Positions 24,093 to 36,330 of a DNA stretch of 64,000 nt are shown piece by piece. A model generated the notes under the pieces. It was not told the DNA's origin and made no database searches. It saw nothing but the letters and a program-made list of their open reading frames with translations. Both the position numbers and the translations under genes were made by a program. Within the stretch, counting starts at the first letter, position 1. Each line of letters starts with the position of its first letter. The DNA is from Pseudogymnoascus verrucosus (Eukaryota), in the NCBI GenBank assembly GCA_001662655.1, contig KV460277.1. One strand, given 5' to 3'.

Positions 24093-25800
24093 CTACGCCG
24101 TCATTCCCAGGCTTTCTCTGATGAGGGCATATTGTTGGAGTTCTTGGTTTGTTGGCCTGGCCTCCGGGCCCCTGTAACGTATCGGATCTTGGTCTTTGCA
24201 GCGGCGAAGGGAGAATCGATACATAGCAGTGCTCGCGTCTAGAATGGTATATTCCACGACAGTGTAGAGTCCATCATATCGTATTCCCTTCGTCGGTGCG
24301 AATTTGGAGTTCTTATTTTCTGCTCGGAGGACTCGAAGAGGCTGTTCTGATTCGTAGGATTCCAACAAAAGCTTGGTGTTCTTCGTCGGAATCGAATTTT
24401 CGCTTTGCGTGCCACAGTATTCAATAGCCTAGAGTATGGATATTAGTATTTGGTATCAGGTATAGCTCCTGTGGGAATTAAAGGTATGCATGACCCGTAA
24501 AGGAACCGAACATAGAATTTAACTCCCAAAAGAACTGAAGATAAGTATAACTCTCAAAAGAACCGCAGATAAGTATAACTCCCAAAGAACTGAAGATAGG
24601 TATAACCCCTACAGGGATTAAAGATGGATATGACTCATATAGGAATTGAAGAACTAATAGATGGGGAAACATACCATTTCTTTGTCTTCGTCCGCATAGC
24701 CGCCTTGCGCCACAACCACCGAGTAGGTTCCTTTTCCCACCTGCCCATGAATGCCAGCTTCCTGCTCACCATGAGCACCATCCCTGAGAGCACAGATGCG
24801 GTTTGGCCACCATTGGCCATTGACAAGACAGTTTTCTCCAACTACATTTGCTGACTTCTTCATGGTATATTTCTTATCAAGCTTGTGTGAGGTACGCTTC
24901 ATACCACTTTCCAGCCGACCTTTTTCAGTTGTTATACCCCGTAGGAGGTGAGAATCCAAATCTCCTACAATCCAGCGAAGATATAATGCCTTTGCGTCCG
25001 CACGCAGGTCAAAAGGAAAGTCGACGCCATCTTGGTTAGCAAATATCCGAGGTAATCCGTCATCCTCCAAGATCCTCGACTTCTTGATTATTATACCGCT
25101 AACGCATTGAAAAAACTCCATTTCGTGAAGTTTCGTACGGATCTCTGCAGTTATTTTCTTCCGCTCACCATCGTCTCTAGCAGCAACAGAGTTTTGACAC
25201 AGTGTACGAAGATATGCCACCAATTGCAAGTCTCCACGAGAGTATTTCTCCCTCATGTCTATTTTTTCATACCACTCGGAAGACCGGATACGTGTGTCGA
25301 CCGTCTGCTTGTTTGTATATGAAGCAATTGCCTTCTTCCTAGGAGCCTTTCGGCCGGGGCCATATCTTACATCATCCTTGGAATCAGGCGGGGCGGAGAG
25401 TGTGCCTAGCACGTCCAGGCTGGTTGAAGACTCGGTAATTTTGACGTTCAATACAGCGTCCTCTGAACCAGGCGAGGCGGAGAGTCTGCCCAGTACGCTC
25501 GTACTGGCTGGGGACTCGGAAACCTTGTCGTTCAACGAACCTGTCGCGTTGTTAACTTGGAATCCTTGGTCAGCCATTGGGCATTATTCATTTACCAGTA
25601 ATTTTCCTCCTTTTCGCGGGCTTTAAACCCGAGAATGTGGATTTTATCTGCCGCAACGAGTCCTGCGTTGGCTCAACAGCTTGGGTTTGGCTATACTCTT
25701 TCTTCACGGCGGCGGCGACTGCATCTTCAGCCGCAATGAGGGCCATACGACGCTCTCGTGCCTCGGTCCGATTCTTTTCTAGGAGTTCCAAGACACCCAT
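24093..25800 (-). CDS. Stand-alone SRA/YDG-domain protein
   Basis: GQWWPNRICALRDGAHGEQEAGIHG...YSVVVAQGGYADED|IEYCG...PLRVLR...APTKGIRYDGLYTVV. Start codon is uncertain. Confidence 0.85.
24456..24655. repeat. ~28-bp degenerate minisatellite (~7 copies) in the intron that splits the SRA domain
   Basis: Units like ataactcccaaaagaactgaagataagt. The three central copies (24519-24603) are closely similar. Confidence 0.8.
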
Positions 25801-26479
25801 GATGCCGGGATGAGCAGATGGTAGGCCGGTTTACTACATGTACCAGCAAGTCGTCTGGATTAGATATTCACTGTTGGCGTCGAAGTGAGGCTGCTGAAAA
25901 GGATTGTAGCTGAGACGCCAGGTCAATTCAGGAGACTATGGGGTAATATGCTGGTTGTCAAATAGCGAGCAGCAATTTCATCACTTTGCAATTCAATCTC
26001 TCGAACGATAGCTTGAGTCGATGAGCTGAGAATGGAAGGAAGCATAGGTAGTTTGTTTGCTATGTTCGCCATCACGTGAGTTCGTTCGAGGTTTACAATG
26101 AAGTGCACACATCAACACCAATGGCTGGCACCATTGCCAATTCACGTTCCGACATACTACTGCATTACTTAGCACAAACAAGGGTTACATTATAATGCAT
26201 TTATTGCCAGAGGTATTGTTCGTAGTTTCAAGTGAAAACATAGAAACGCGAGGACATCTCTTGACGTGACATATGAGTTGAACATCACTTTCATAACCAC
26301 ATATGAGTTGGACATCACTGTCATTATATACGACCGAAGTACTTTCAAATGTTTCATTGTCCCATCGTGGATCGAGCCTCGAGATCTGTATTTAACGCGA
26401 AAGCTAGAATGACAACTGGTTTGCATTGAAAGACCATCTCAATATATCCCGATCCAGCCCTCCTTCCGGTATTGCTCCT

Positions 26480-27510
26480 TTAGTAGAAAGTGGATGGTCG
26501 CTTGCTGGTGAACAGCTTGGTGCCAGCTGCCTTGGAAACGCGGTGAGGAAGAGGGAATTTGAGGTTCTTGGTGAGAAGTTGCTTGATGTAAGGGCGCTTG
26601 ACGTCGTCGGTCTTCTCAAGCTCAATGACCTTGAGAATCTACACAAATTTCGTAAGCATGACTGGGCAAATCTTAGTTACAAGCAGAGACTTACGTGAAT
26701 GGAGCGGAAACGAGATCTGTGCCTCGCGGCCATATCCTGGTAGAGAGCCTCAACAGCATCTGTTCTCGACATCTCACGGTACTCCTTGTACATGTTGTGG
26801 GTACCGGAACGAGAATCGTAACGGATCCAGATACCGAAGTTCTTGACCTTGAGAGGGCGCTTCTCGTGGATCTACAATTTCGGGTTAATCATATGGAATA
26901 TCTCATGCAAATAAGTTGAACATACCACGTTCAAGCTGACGATCTCACCGTTGGCCTTCTTGACCTTGCGGAGCTTCATCAAGAAGTACCAGAAGCGGGA
27001 CTTGGCGACCACAGTGTTAGGCGCAAATATGCGCATGCGGTACAGCTTTGGCGCTGGGTTTGCCTCGGTGGGCAGATGGCGGCCGATGACCTGGTATTCT
27101 GTGAGGCGACCTGTATTGAAATCTAGTTAGCCTGGTACTTTGGCTGAGCAACGTTGTTGGCAACTCGGTGGCATCGACAACTCCATTCTTGACATGGCGA
27201 TTCGCGCTGTTCCTAGAAAACACAGGCCAACCCGTGAACTCTCACGTATTGGGCGCTGCGAACGTCGACAGTCGTCCACGAGTAGACGTAGATTCTGCTT
27301 CCAAATCCGCAAGTAATTTCGCAACAATATCCAGTGGGCATCCAACAATTCCTAGGATCTTTTCATAGAACTCTCATTCATGTCTGGCCTTTGATTCCCG
27401 CTCTTGTTGCTCAAATTGTGCGCCATGTCAAGAATTTGTCGTCGAGTTGTTGTTGGTCCGATGGTGTCCTAGGTAGTGGAATTGAGAAATAAAAATCGTT
27501 GCTTACCCAT
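26480..27510 (-). CDS. RPL20: 60S ribosomal protein eL20 (L20/L18a)
   Basis: [45 protein letters not shown]...[31 protein letters not shown]...KRPSTFY*. Confidence 0.97.
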
Positions 27511-27825
27511 CTGTAAGTCTGTCAGCGCAAATTCTTTGATTATCGACTCTGGATATGCCTGGAAACTGACCTTGAAGTGCTGGCCGAGATTGTTGTCGTT
27601 ATGTGGGTTGTTCGGAAATCCTCGAAAAGGTTTGTGGGAAGATTAAGCGAATATTCCCCACGTGATGTGCACAACACAAGCGAAACAAGCTACAAGCGAC
27701 AGGCGCGAAATTAGCCGCAAGAAGCGGCAGCCCTTGTGGGTGTAGACCCTTGAGCGAATAATATTGTGAACCTTATTAGTGCCTTCAACGAAAGGTGGTC
27801 CCTGTTTTTGATACTGTAAGACGCC

Positions 27826-27884
27826 GACACTGGATGAAAATAGTATTATTTTTGGGTCCCAATCTAAAGATAACTCTGACGAGG
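27826..27884 (+). ncRNA. Candidate box C/D snoRNA
   Basis: C-like box tGGATGA at 27831. tttttgggtcccaat (27849-27863) is complementary, with G-U pairs, to the conserved LSU rRNA GUUGGGACCCGAAAG. D'-like CTAA at 27864 and D box CTGA at 27876. Flanking 9-bp stem atactgtaa/ttacagtat. Confidence 0.4.
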
Positions 27885-28298
27885 TTACTTTACAGTATAT
27901 AGGTTTTATTTTGTCAGGATTAACCGTTTTGACGACCACTGACGCTGTGAGGGACAACGGCTTGGCACGGTTTACGGCACGTGATATTGACTGACTGTTT
28001 GCATTCGAAGTAGCATCCCACTTTGTTCACATTGACCTGCTGGGAAGACTGAACCATCTTTACATTACACTTTCGCCTGCTGTTTCTCGTGGCTGTTTGA
28101 GAAGCCAAAGACGAAGCCAGATAGATCGGGTGCCAACTTCTAAACACTTCTGTTTTGAAATCCATTGTCTACGTCGTATCTTCACAACCAATCGACAGAA
28201 CTTCCCTTGTTGGGAGACATACCAGGCTTTGGTCCCTGTCTTACAAATCTGAGTGTGGTCCAGACGAAACACCCAGATGACAATAAGCAACGATTGAA

Positions 28299-30108
28299 AT
28301 GGAGTCTATTTTCAAAAACTTCCGAGAGGCCCACATTGCTGGTAACGGATACCAGCTGTCTGATACCCTCCTACCAATTTCACACTCTGAAGAACCCGGG
28401 CGCTTGCATAGTTTCTTCAACAGCACCAATGCCGCGAATGTCAAAAGTGACATCCAATACAATGTGTTGTATGATAGACAGTCTACTCTCAGACTTTCCA
28501 CCGAGGAAGGAAAGGCATGGGTCGATGTCTATACTGGTTATTGGACAGCTGTTGGTGAGATCATAAAGGCTGAAGATGCCCAGAAAACCAATTCACCGGT
28601 CAGAAATATTTCCGCATGTCCTGGTCTCAAACTTCCTTTTTAAAAAAGCAAAGCGTGCCTATGTTGTCGTCACAACACCATACACGCTGCGGAATTGATT
28701 CTGCGAGGCCGCTATTCATAGCTATCACGAGTTATAAGGTTGATTAACTAACTTTTGACAGGTCAACTGGGTCGCTGTCTATGAGACTTGGAAGGAGATG
28801 ACGAACGCGATCATTCGTGGATATAGTACCGGATGTTTTGAAGCATGGACAATTCCGTGCCTCTACATCAGTGGAAAATACTTGCGGATATTTGCCATAA
28901 AAGCCGATGCTGCAGGCGGTAACACGGACAAGGCCATGGACTTCCAAGACGACTTCAATCCAGATACCGGAAAGAACGAAAAACTCGAGGATGCGGCTCG
29001 AGTCTTGAATCGGATGTTCCAGTTATGCGTTAGCGATAGGTACAGCATCTCCAAATTTATCACCGGTGGTTTCTAATCTTTGTTAGGGCCCCTCTCGAAG
29101 ATTCACGCAAATGGGGCATCTATAATATCGTCAACCTTCTGTTTAAGACCTACTTTAAACTTAACTCCGTGGCATTGTCTAAGAACATCATCAGAGCCCT
29201 CCAGGCTTCCCGAGGTGATATACCGGATGTCGAGTCTTTCCCGAAATCCCATCAAGTAACGTTTAAGTATTACATGGGCGTCATTCAGTTTCTAGAAGAA
29301 GACTACAAACAGGTACTTGATCCCATTCCTTATATGGTTGAGCATATCTAACAAGGATCTTAGGCAGAAGCTTTTCTGACACAAGCGTGGGAATTGTGCC
29401 ACAAGCAATCCACCCGGAACAAGGAGTGAGAACTTAACCAGTTGCTTATTATATGGTTACTGACTTTGCACAAGACTCATTTTGACATATCTTATACCTT
29501 GCCACCTTCTTACTACGCACACCCTCCCAAGCGAAACACTGCTCGCCCCTTACCCACGCCTCCAAGAACTATTTTTACCGCTTTCTCGATGCATTAAGCG
29601 TGGCGACTTGACCGGGTTTGATAATGCGCTTGCAGCAGGGGAAGACGAGTTTGTCAAGCGTCGTATATACCTAACTCTCGAACGAGGCAGGGATATTGCA
29701 CTGCGAAACCTCTTGCGGAAGGTATTCGTTGCGGGTGGGTTTGAAGAACCCAACGACAAAAGCTCTGTCCCAGTGAGGCGGACTCGTGTTACTGTCGCAG
29801 AATTCAGCGCAGCGATCAGTATCGGAAACAAAGAGAAGCTAGATGACGATGAAGTCGAATGTTTACTGGCAAATATTATATACAAGGTCAGTGCTCCAAC
29901 CGAAGGATGTGCCAGACGTCGGAGCCTTTTGGGACATCTATTTGTAGATTTTTCAACGCAGGCCCATCACTTGCCTTCCTTCACGACTCCATAAATAGCG
30001 AAATTACTAACACTATTACAATAGAACCTTATGAAAGGATATATCGCCCGAGAGCGCGGAATCGTCGTTTTGAGCAAAGGCGGCGCGTTCCCAGGGACGG
30101 GCATATGA
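28299..30108 (+). CDS. CSN12: PCI-domain protein Csn12/PCID2-like; multi-exon
   Basis: [81 protein letters not shown]. Confidence 0.88.
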
Positions 30109-30919
30109 AGTGGCTACAAAGAATTGGTCGCGAGAGACAGAAAGGAGAAATGGGCGATATCCTTATCGCCAAACGTTGTCCGCGGGATAGAACTGGATTG
30201 GTTCTACTTATGGACTTCTGAAATAAACCCAAGGTCTGCTGGCACGTGTGCCAATAACTAAATTTGCTACCGACGAATGCCATCGGAATGGGATTAGCTG
30301 CTTTGTATACTGGGATACTGGCACGGCTGCAGATTATGATGGTCAATAATGCATTAAGCAGGTATCATATGGTGTTGCTTGGTTATCTCCGGGGTGAGTG
30401 TTAATGGCTAAAACATGCATCCCATAAACATATTAGGCCATAGATTGCAAGGGATAATCCAATGGAATCATCATTTGCAGCAAGAAATATTTTACCGTAG
30501 GGGCAGTTCGAGAAGCATACACGGAATAGTGGAGTAAAGTTCACCATCACATGTTGCCTTCAACCATGCACAGCACGTATGGGGAAGAACTCTCAGTAAA
30601 CAACGACTGTGTATCTATCTATGCCCAAGGGTTCAGTCCTCATGGCCGACTCTTAACGTTTCCGAATGTTGAGTCATAAATAATACATTCAATTTGGATT
30701 GTCCCATACTCAAAACAGGAGATGGTCCCTTCAGCTGCAACTAACCAACAAAACAAACGGTCATAGGTATCGCGAGGCACCAAGCCTCAAGCAACTAAGA
30801 AGAGTATTTGTACACTTTCCCAAAACGCCCCATAAAACTATCAAGACACACTTTTTGTCACAAAATCGGTTAATGAAAGTCGAGAAATGAAGAGATCCGT
30901 AACGCCCCAAAGACGTTGT

Positions 30920-31858
30920 CTACATGTGTCGAACACTGCGTGGCGAGTTCCTATACACTGACGTTAGATATGTCTGTGAGTGACACACTCGGAAAGAGAA
31001 ACATACGCAGCGCTGGCAATGTCGTCGACGTGGTTGCAAAGAGCGACGAAGAGATCAAAAAACAGTTGGCTTCCACCCGAATGCATCTCTAGTTGCATTG
31101 TTCCACTTCGCTTGAACGTCCCACGGCTTCTAATAATTAATGCCAGATAATGGGCTCGTAGCTTTGAATCCGTATCCGGGGTATTGGCATAGGCATAACG
31201 TGCCGATGCGAGGATGGTGCTGCACTGAATGCCAGACTGGAGGCCTTGCTTGCGCAAAGCTACCTTCTTCAACTCTTCAAGTCCATACTTCTCTGCCGTG
31301 CAGTATATAACGGTATCCTTCAAAACTTCACCTTCTATTCCATGGTGGTACACTGTTGATTCCATCGCTGGTGCTCCAGCCTCTTGGCTTTGCTCGAGCT
31401 CCCAGGTATTCCTGCGTTTGTTGAACGCAAGGCGGGGATAGTAATCCCCTTTGTATAGATATTCGAGAACCGACGAGAAAATCTCGGGTTCTTCATCGGG
31501 TAATGTAATTCGTTTGCTTTGAGCCTCCATGAACTGGCCTCGGCAGGCTTGTTGAAAGAAAGGCGACAGGCTCAAGACATCTTCGTGAGCAGCAAAAATC
31601 CGTTGCTCTCGACCCACGATCAACGTGATTATCGGGGAGGTTATTGTGCTTTGATGGAATTAGCCACAAAATGAGATGAAATTGATGGAATGCTGCTTAC
31701 CTTGAAAGGCGTGGGTTTTCTCTCTCTTCTGGAGCAGGCCTTCTCGACTTCTCATGGCGAGTTTTCGAAACAGCATGTTCTCGAAACGAGCCCTTCGATC
31801 GACCGGCTTTCTTTGAGAAGCTTTCTGTTTTTGACTGACTCGGTCGGCGAGTGAACAT
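30920..31858 (-). CDS. BTB/POZ-domain protein; 3 exons
   Basis: ITLIVGREQRIFAAHEDVLSLSPFF...ITLPDEEPEIFSSVLEYLYKGDY...IYCTAEKYGLEELKKVAL. Confidence 0.88.
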
Positions 31859-32753
31859 GGCTCTGGTTTATGACTGCTGTCTCGGTCGGGTTGGTAGCCT
31901 AGCGACCGAGTCGAAGCACAGTCGATAAGAATCCAGTTATTCAAACGGCTTCAAAGGGTGTATCTGGTTTAATTTTGATGAAACAGGCAAATATGGTCAA
32001 TATTGTCAATATTCTATGGATGGAGTCGATAATATAGTACAGAAAATGGAAGAAAGAAGGGGAGAAGGGGAATTATATATGCTCATTCAGGGGAACAACA
32101 GGGACAACAGCCAAGGTTACTATAGGAAACAATGGGGAGACGCGGCGTGGAGCCGGATAACGCGTCTTGCCTGAATTGGCTGCAACCACTTTACGCGAAC
32201 CAAACGCCTGATCCCGTGAGTCAACAGAATCTCGCAATTGACATGGGTAGCCCTGGTAAACCTGGTAAGTCTGGTAAGATCTGGTCCGAGAATGTGACAG
32301 TGCGGCAGAAAGTCACAGTTACCGTATGCACGCACTGGCACCATAAGATACTGGTGGTTGCACCAGCAAACTTGATAATTAGTGGACCAACGGAAATGAG
32401 GCCCAGAAGGAAATTGTAAGAATATAAAAGATAGGAAATAATAGTCGATGGACTCAAGCAAGGAAACCAGAAGAGTAGAAAATAAGCACAGAGTCTAGCT
32501 GAGTAACAAGGCGTTGGCGTTGTGAGGAATTGTGCTGTAATTCTTGTTGCCTATCAAATGTCTACAAAGTAAAACCACCACCAGAGCCTTAAAGTAACGC
32601 ACCATTGCCCTTTCATTCACCGAGCTACATACCACATCACGACAAGAATCTGACTCGTCATTCATCCAACGTGTGCATCGTCGCAAACTCCTGCCACATT
32701 ACCTGACCCGTCGATCCTTGGCTTCAATCATCACATCCCCGCCATCCGCGATA

Positions 32754-33990
32754 ATGGTGGAAATAACTGAGGGAGGTACCCCTCCTCAAGCTCCCCAGGG
32801 CGACGACCAACACTCCAAGTCTCCGAGGGACAGCAAAGGATGGGATGGCAAGCTACGCGTTGAAAGGCGTCCGGTTATGACAAATCCAGAAGCTATTTCC
32901 GACCCAGAGTATTCTGACGAGGAGAACATCCTACCAGGGGAGCAGATCGGCCCAGATGAGGGTATGTGAGATGAGACCACAAACGCCCCTCTGGTCGCCA
33001 TGCAGGCAAACATACTGACCGGGTATCTACAGATCTCCTTCAAGACGAGCCATCCGATGTGGAGGAAATCGACTGCATACATTCACGAGTCGCCTCAGTC
33101 CCCTCTCTCAACCTGGATAGGTTCACGAAGCTTGTTCGTCTTTGCCTGCGACAAAATGCTATCACGGAAATCGAAGGGCTCTCGAGTCTTGCGGAAACTC
33201 TGAGAGACCTGGACTTTTATGACAATTTAATATCACACATCAAGGGCCTGGAAGACCTGACGAACCTCACCAGCTTGGACTTGAGCTTCAACAAGATCAA
33301 GCATATCAAACGTGTGAACCACTTGACGAAATTGACGGATTTATACTTCGTGCAGAACAAGATCAGTACGATCGAGGGCCTTGACGGCCTGACACAACTA
33401 CGAAATCTCGAGCTTGCTGCGAACAGAATACGAGAAATCCAGAACCTCGATACACTCACTGGCCTGGAGGAGTTGTGGCTTGGGAAGAACAAGATTACAG
33501 AGATGAAGGGCTTGTCGTCACTGTCATCATTGAAGATTCTCAGCATCCAGTCAAACAGAATCCGCGAGATATCGGGCCTCGAAGATCTACAAACCCTGGA
33601 AGAACTATACATCTCCAACAATGCTCTGAGCTCCCTCTCCGGCCTGGAGAAAAATCTTAAACTAAGAGTGCTCGACATCAGCAACAACACTGTTTCCAGC
33701 CTGGCTGGTCTAGGACATTTGGAGCAGCTCGAGGAACTCTGGGCAAGCTACAATAAGATTGATAGCTTTGCGGACGTGGAGAAGGAGCTGGCTGATAAGA
33801 AACAGCTGACCACCGTATACTTTGAGGGCAACCCCGTGCAGCTGAGGCAACCCGCGCTGTACAGGAACAAGGTTCGACTGGCTTTACCACAGATACAACA
33901 GATTGACGCTAGTAAGTATCCCAAGACCAAACAGCACGACACGGCAGCACCATAGCTAACATTTACGTAGCATTTGTGAGAGTAACATAG
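32754..33990 (+). CDS. SDS22: Protein phosphatase 1 regulatory subunit Sds22 (LRR)
   Basis: 22-aa LRRs (LCLRQNAI, LDFYDNLI, LDLSFNKI, LWLGKNKI, LSIQSNRI, LWASYNKI) and the LRR cap VYFEGNP...YRNKVRLALPQIQQIDA. Confidence 0.95.
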
Positions 33991-34396
33991 GATCTTGCAT
34001 ACCATGTGCTAGTATCACAACACCGAGCACAGATACGCTTCATTTCACAGAATGGCTTCGTTCCAAGCTGAAGATGATGAAGGACGTATTTGTGGCTTTT
34101 GCAAGTTGAGCCGCAGCAGAGCCTGAATTACGGGGAATGGGACTTCAAGAAGTGTATGATTTAAAGACCAGAACATGTCACTATGTATTGGTAAAGGAGA
34201 CTTCAAACACTGAAGTGTCAGTTCCTCATGACGATAATGCGATCGTTTCATACGGTGCGTTCTGATACATTCAAGGCGAGGGTATCAACAGTCACAGAGC
34301 ACCCAACAGAAGACTGTGGGCATCAGGATGGACCATAGCTGCCAAAGAGATAACTTTATAATATGTATTGTTGATAAATCCTGTCTACATGCCCAT

Positions 34397-35474
34397 CTAC
34401 GCGAAAATATGAAGGGTGCCGAGGTACTAAAAATTGCCATGTCAGCTACTTTTCTTGTAAGGTGGATATATGCACATACATCAGTTGGGTTGTTAAACCT
34501 GAGGTTCTTGTTTAAGGCGGAGATCTCGTCAATCTCGGACTGCTCGAGGTTGAAGTCGGTAACATTTAAGTTCTGCTCCAGTCTGCTCTGGGTGTTGCTC
34601 TTGGGGATAATGGCCAATCCCCTCTGTGTGACCCATCTCAGGATAGTCTGAGCAGGTGTCTTCTCGTGCTTCTTCGCAATGGTGGTGATGGTAGGGTGCT
34701 CGAACAGAAGAGGGGTATCGGCGGCCTTTTGCCAGCCGAGCTCGAGGAAGGAAGATGGGCCAAAGGTGGAGTAGGCGGTGACGGCAATGCCCTGCTCCTT
34801 AGCCAGCTTGAGGAGGGTCTCCTGGACGAGGTATGGGTGGTGCTCGATCTGGAGGACAGCCGGGCGGATCTTGGCGTATCTGAGAAGGTCGAGGATAAGA
34901 GCGCCCTGGAAGTTGGAAATTCCGATGCTCTTTGCGAGCTTCAGATCAACTAACGACTCCATCGCGGTCCAGGTCTCTTGGATGGACGCGTTGCTGAGTT
35001 GGTAATCCTCCTTTCCGTCGAAAGCCCATCCTGGGGGGTAGCGGACCTTGGGGTCAACGTATTTGAGGGCGATTGGGAAGTGGATGTAGAAGAGATCGAA
35101 GTACTCAATACCCCAGTCAGCGAGCTGCTTGCGGGCAATTGGCTCGACCTGCTCCTTGTCGTGGAAGCTGTTCCACAGCTTGGAGACGATGAAGAGATCC
35201 TCGCGCTTCACCAGACCCTCCTTGATGGCACGGGCAACACCCTGGCCAGCCTCAACCTCGTTTCCGTAATCTATAAGTCGGCTTAGCATGTCTTGTCGCA
35301 AACCAAAATGGCGGAATGGGGGAGCGTACCACAAGCTCCATCGAACAGACGGTAACCAGTCTTGATGGCGTTGTAGACGGTGTCGGCGCAAGTGTCGTTG
35401 CCAACCTTCCACAGGCCGAAGCCTACTTGTGGCATCTCAAAGCCATTGTTGAGCTTGATGTTTGGGACAGGCAT
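34397..35474 (-). CDS. XYL1: NAD(P)H-dependent D-xylose reductase (AKR2B)
   Basis: [53 protein letters not shown]. Confidence 0.93.
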
Positions 35475-35589
35475 CTTTGCGAAACTGAGTTATAGAGTTG
35501 TTTGGAAGGGTATAAAAATAATAACAAAAGGCGCTCTACTCAGGATCAAGGCTGCTCAGAATGTCAGTTTCGTGGGAGGGGAGGGGTGC

Positions 35590-36330
35590 AGGTGGTATAT
35601 ATAAGTTGTATACTCACAGCACTATGGGGCAAGCAGGCTATTTCAACGGCTGTTTTATCAGGAAGGGCAAAATGGGGACCAGGGCGTCGTCTCCAAGCTT
35701 ATATCCCAATCAATAATGAACACAAGACCACAAGCGCAATAAAATCGAGGGTTTTTGGGGTAGGCAGCATCCAGTGTACAGGTGGGTTTAGTCACTGGCA
35801 AAATGACGGAAGGAGGGGTTGAGGATTTGAGGATGCTATAGGTGGGGTCAAAGGGTGGAGGGGAAGGGTGGAGGTGGAATTTCTATTTCGACCTGTAGTA
35901 AGGCCAGGACAGAGAATAGGGCTCCTGATTCCATAGATGATGCGCTCAATGCCGGCCAAAATCTCCAAAAATTTCGCCGGACTGTGGGCGGAGGGTGGCG
36001 GGGTTTGTCCATACTATCCCATTACTATCCCATACTATCGAGGAGTTGCTTCTACCGCTCTACCGCTCTACCACAATCACAGTAAAAGATGATCGTTCAG
36101 GTGGGGCGGAGGGGTGGTGGGGGTAAAAGAGAAATCACAACAGGCTAATGTCACCCCGAAGTCACTCTGATACGGACTCGAGTGTTTAGATAGTACGTCA
36201 AGGTGCCAAAACCACACTCCAGACCGCCCACAGAGCACCATATGCTACTTCAGAGTACTCCAGAGGGTTGATAACTGTACCTCGATTGTGTTTATCCAAG
36301 GCCAAGGAGCCAAAGAGCCAACTGGAGCCC
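35590..36330 (-). promoter_or_regulatory. xyl1 promoter with TATA, a putative XlnR site and several CreA-type sites
   Basis: TATATATA at ~35596. GGCTAA at 36143. SYGGRG matches at ~35842, 35988, 36101 and 36322. These are short motifs, supported mainly by gene context. Confidence 0.4.

Noticed and set aside
26269..26324. 26-bp direct repeat (acatatgagttg(a/g)acatcact(t/g)tcat), period 30
   Set aside because: Only two copies, consistent with an ordinary local duplication.
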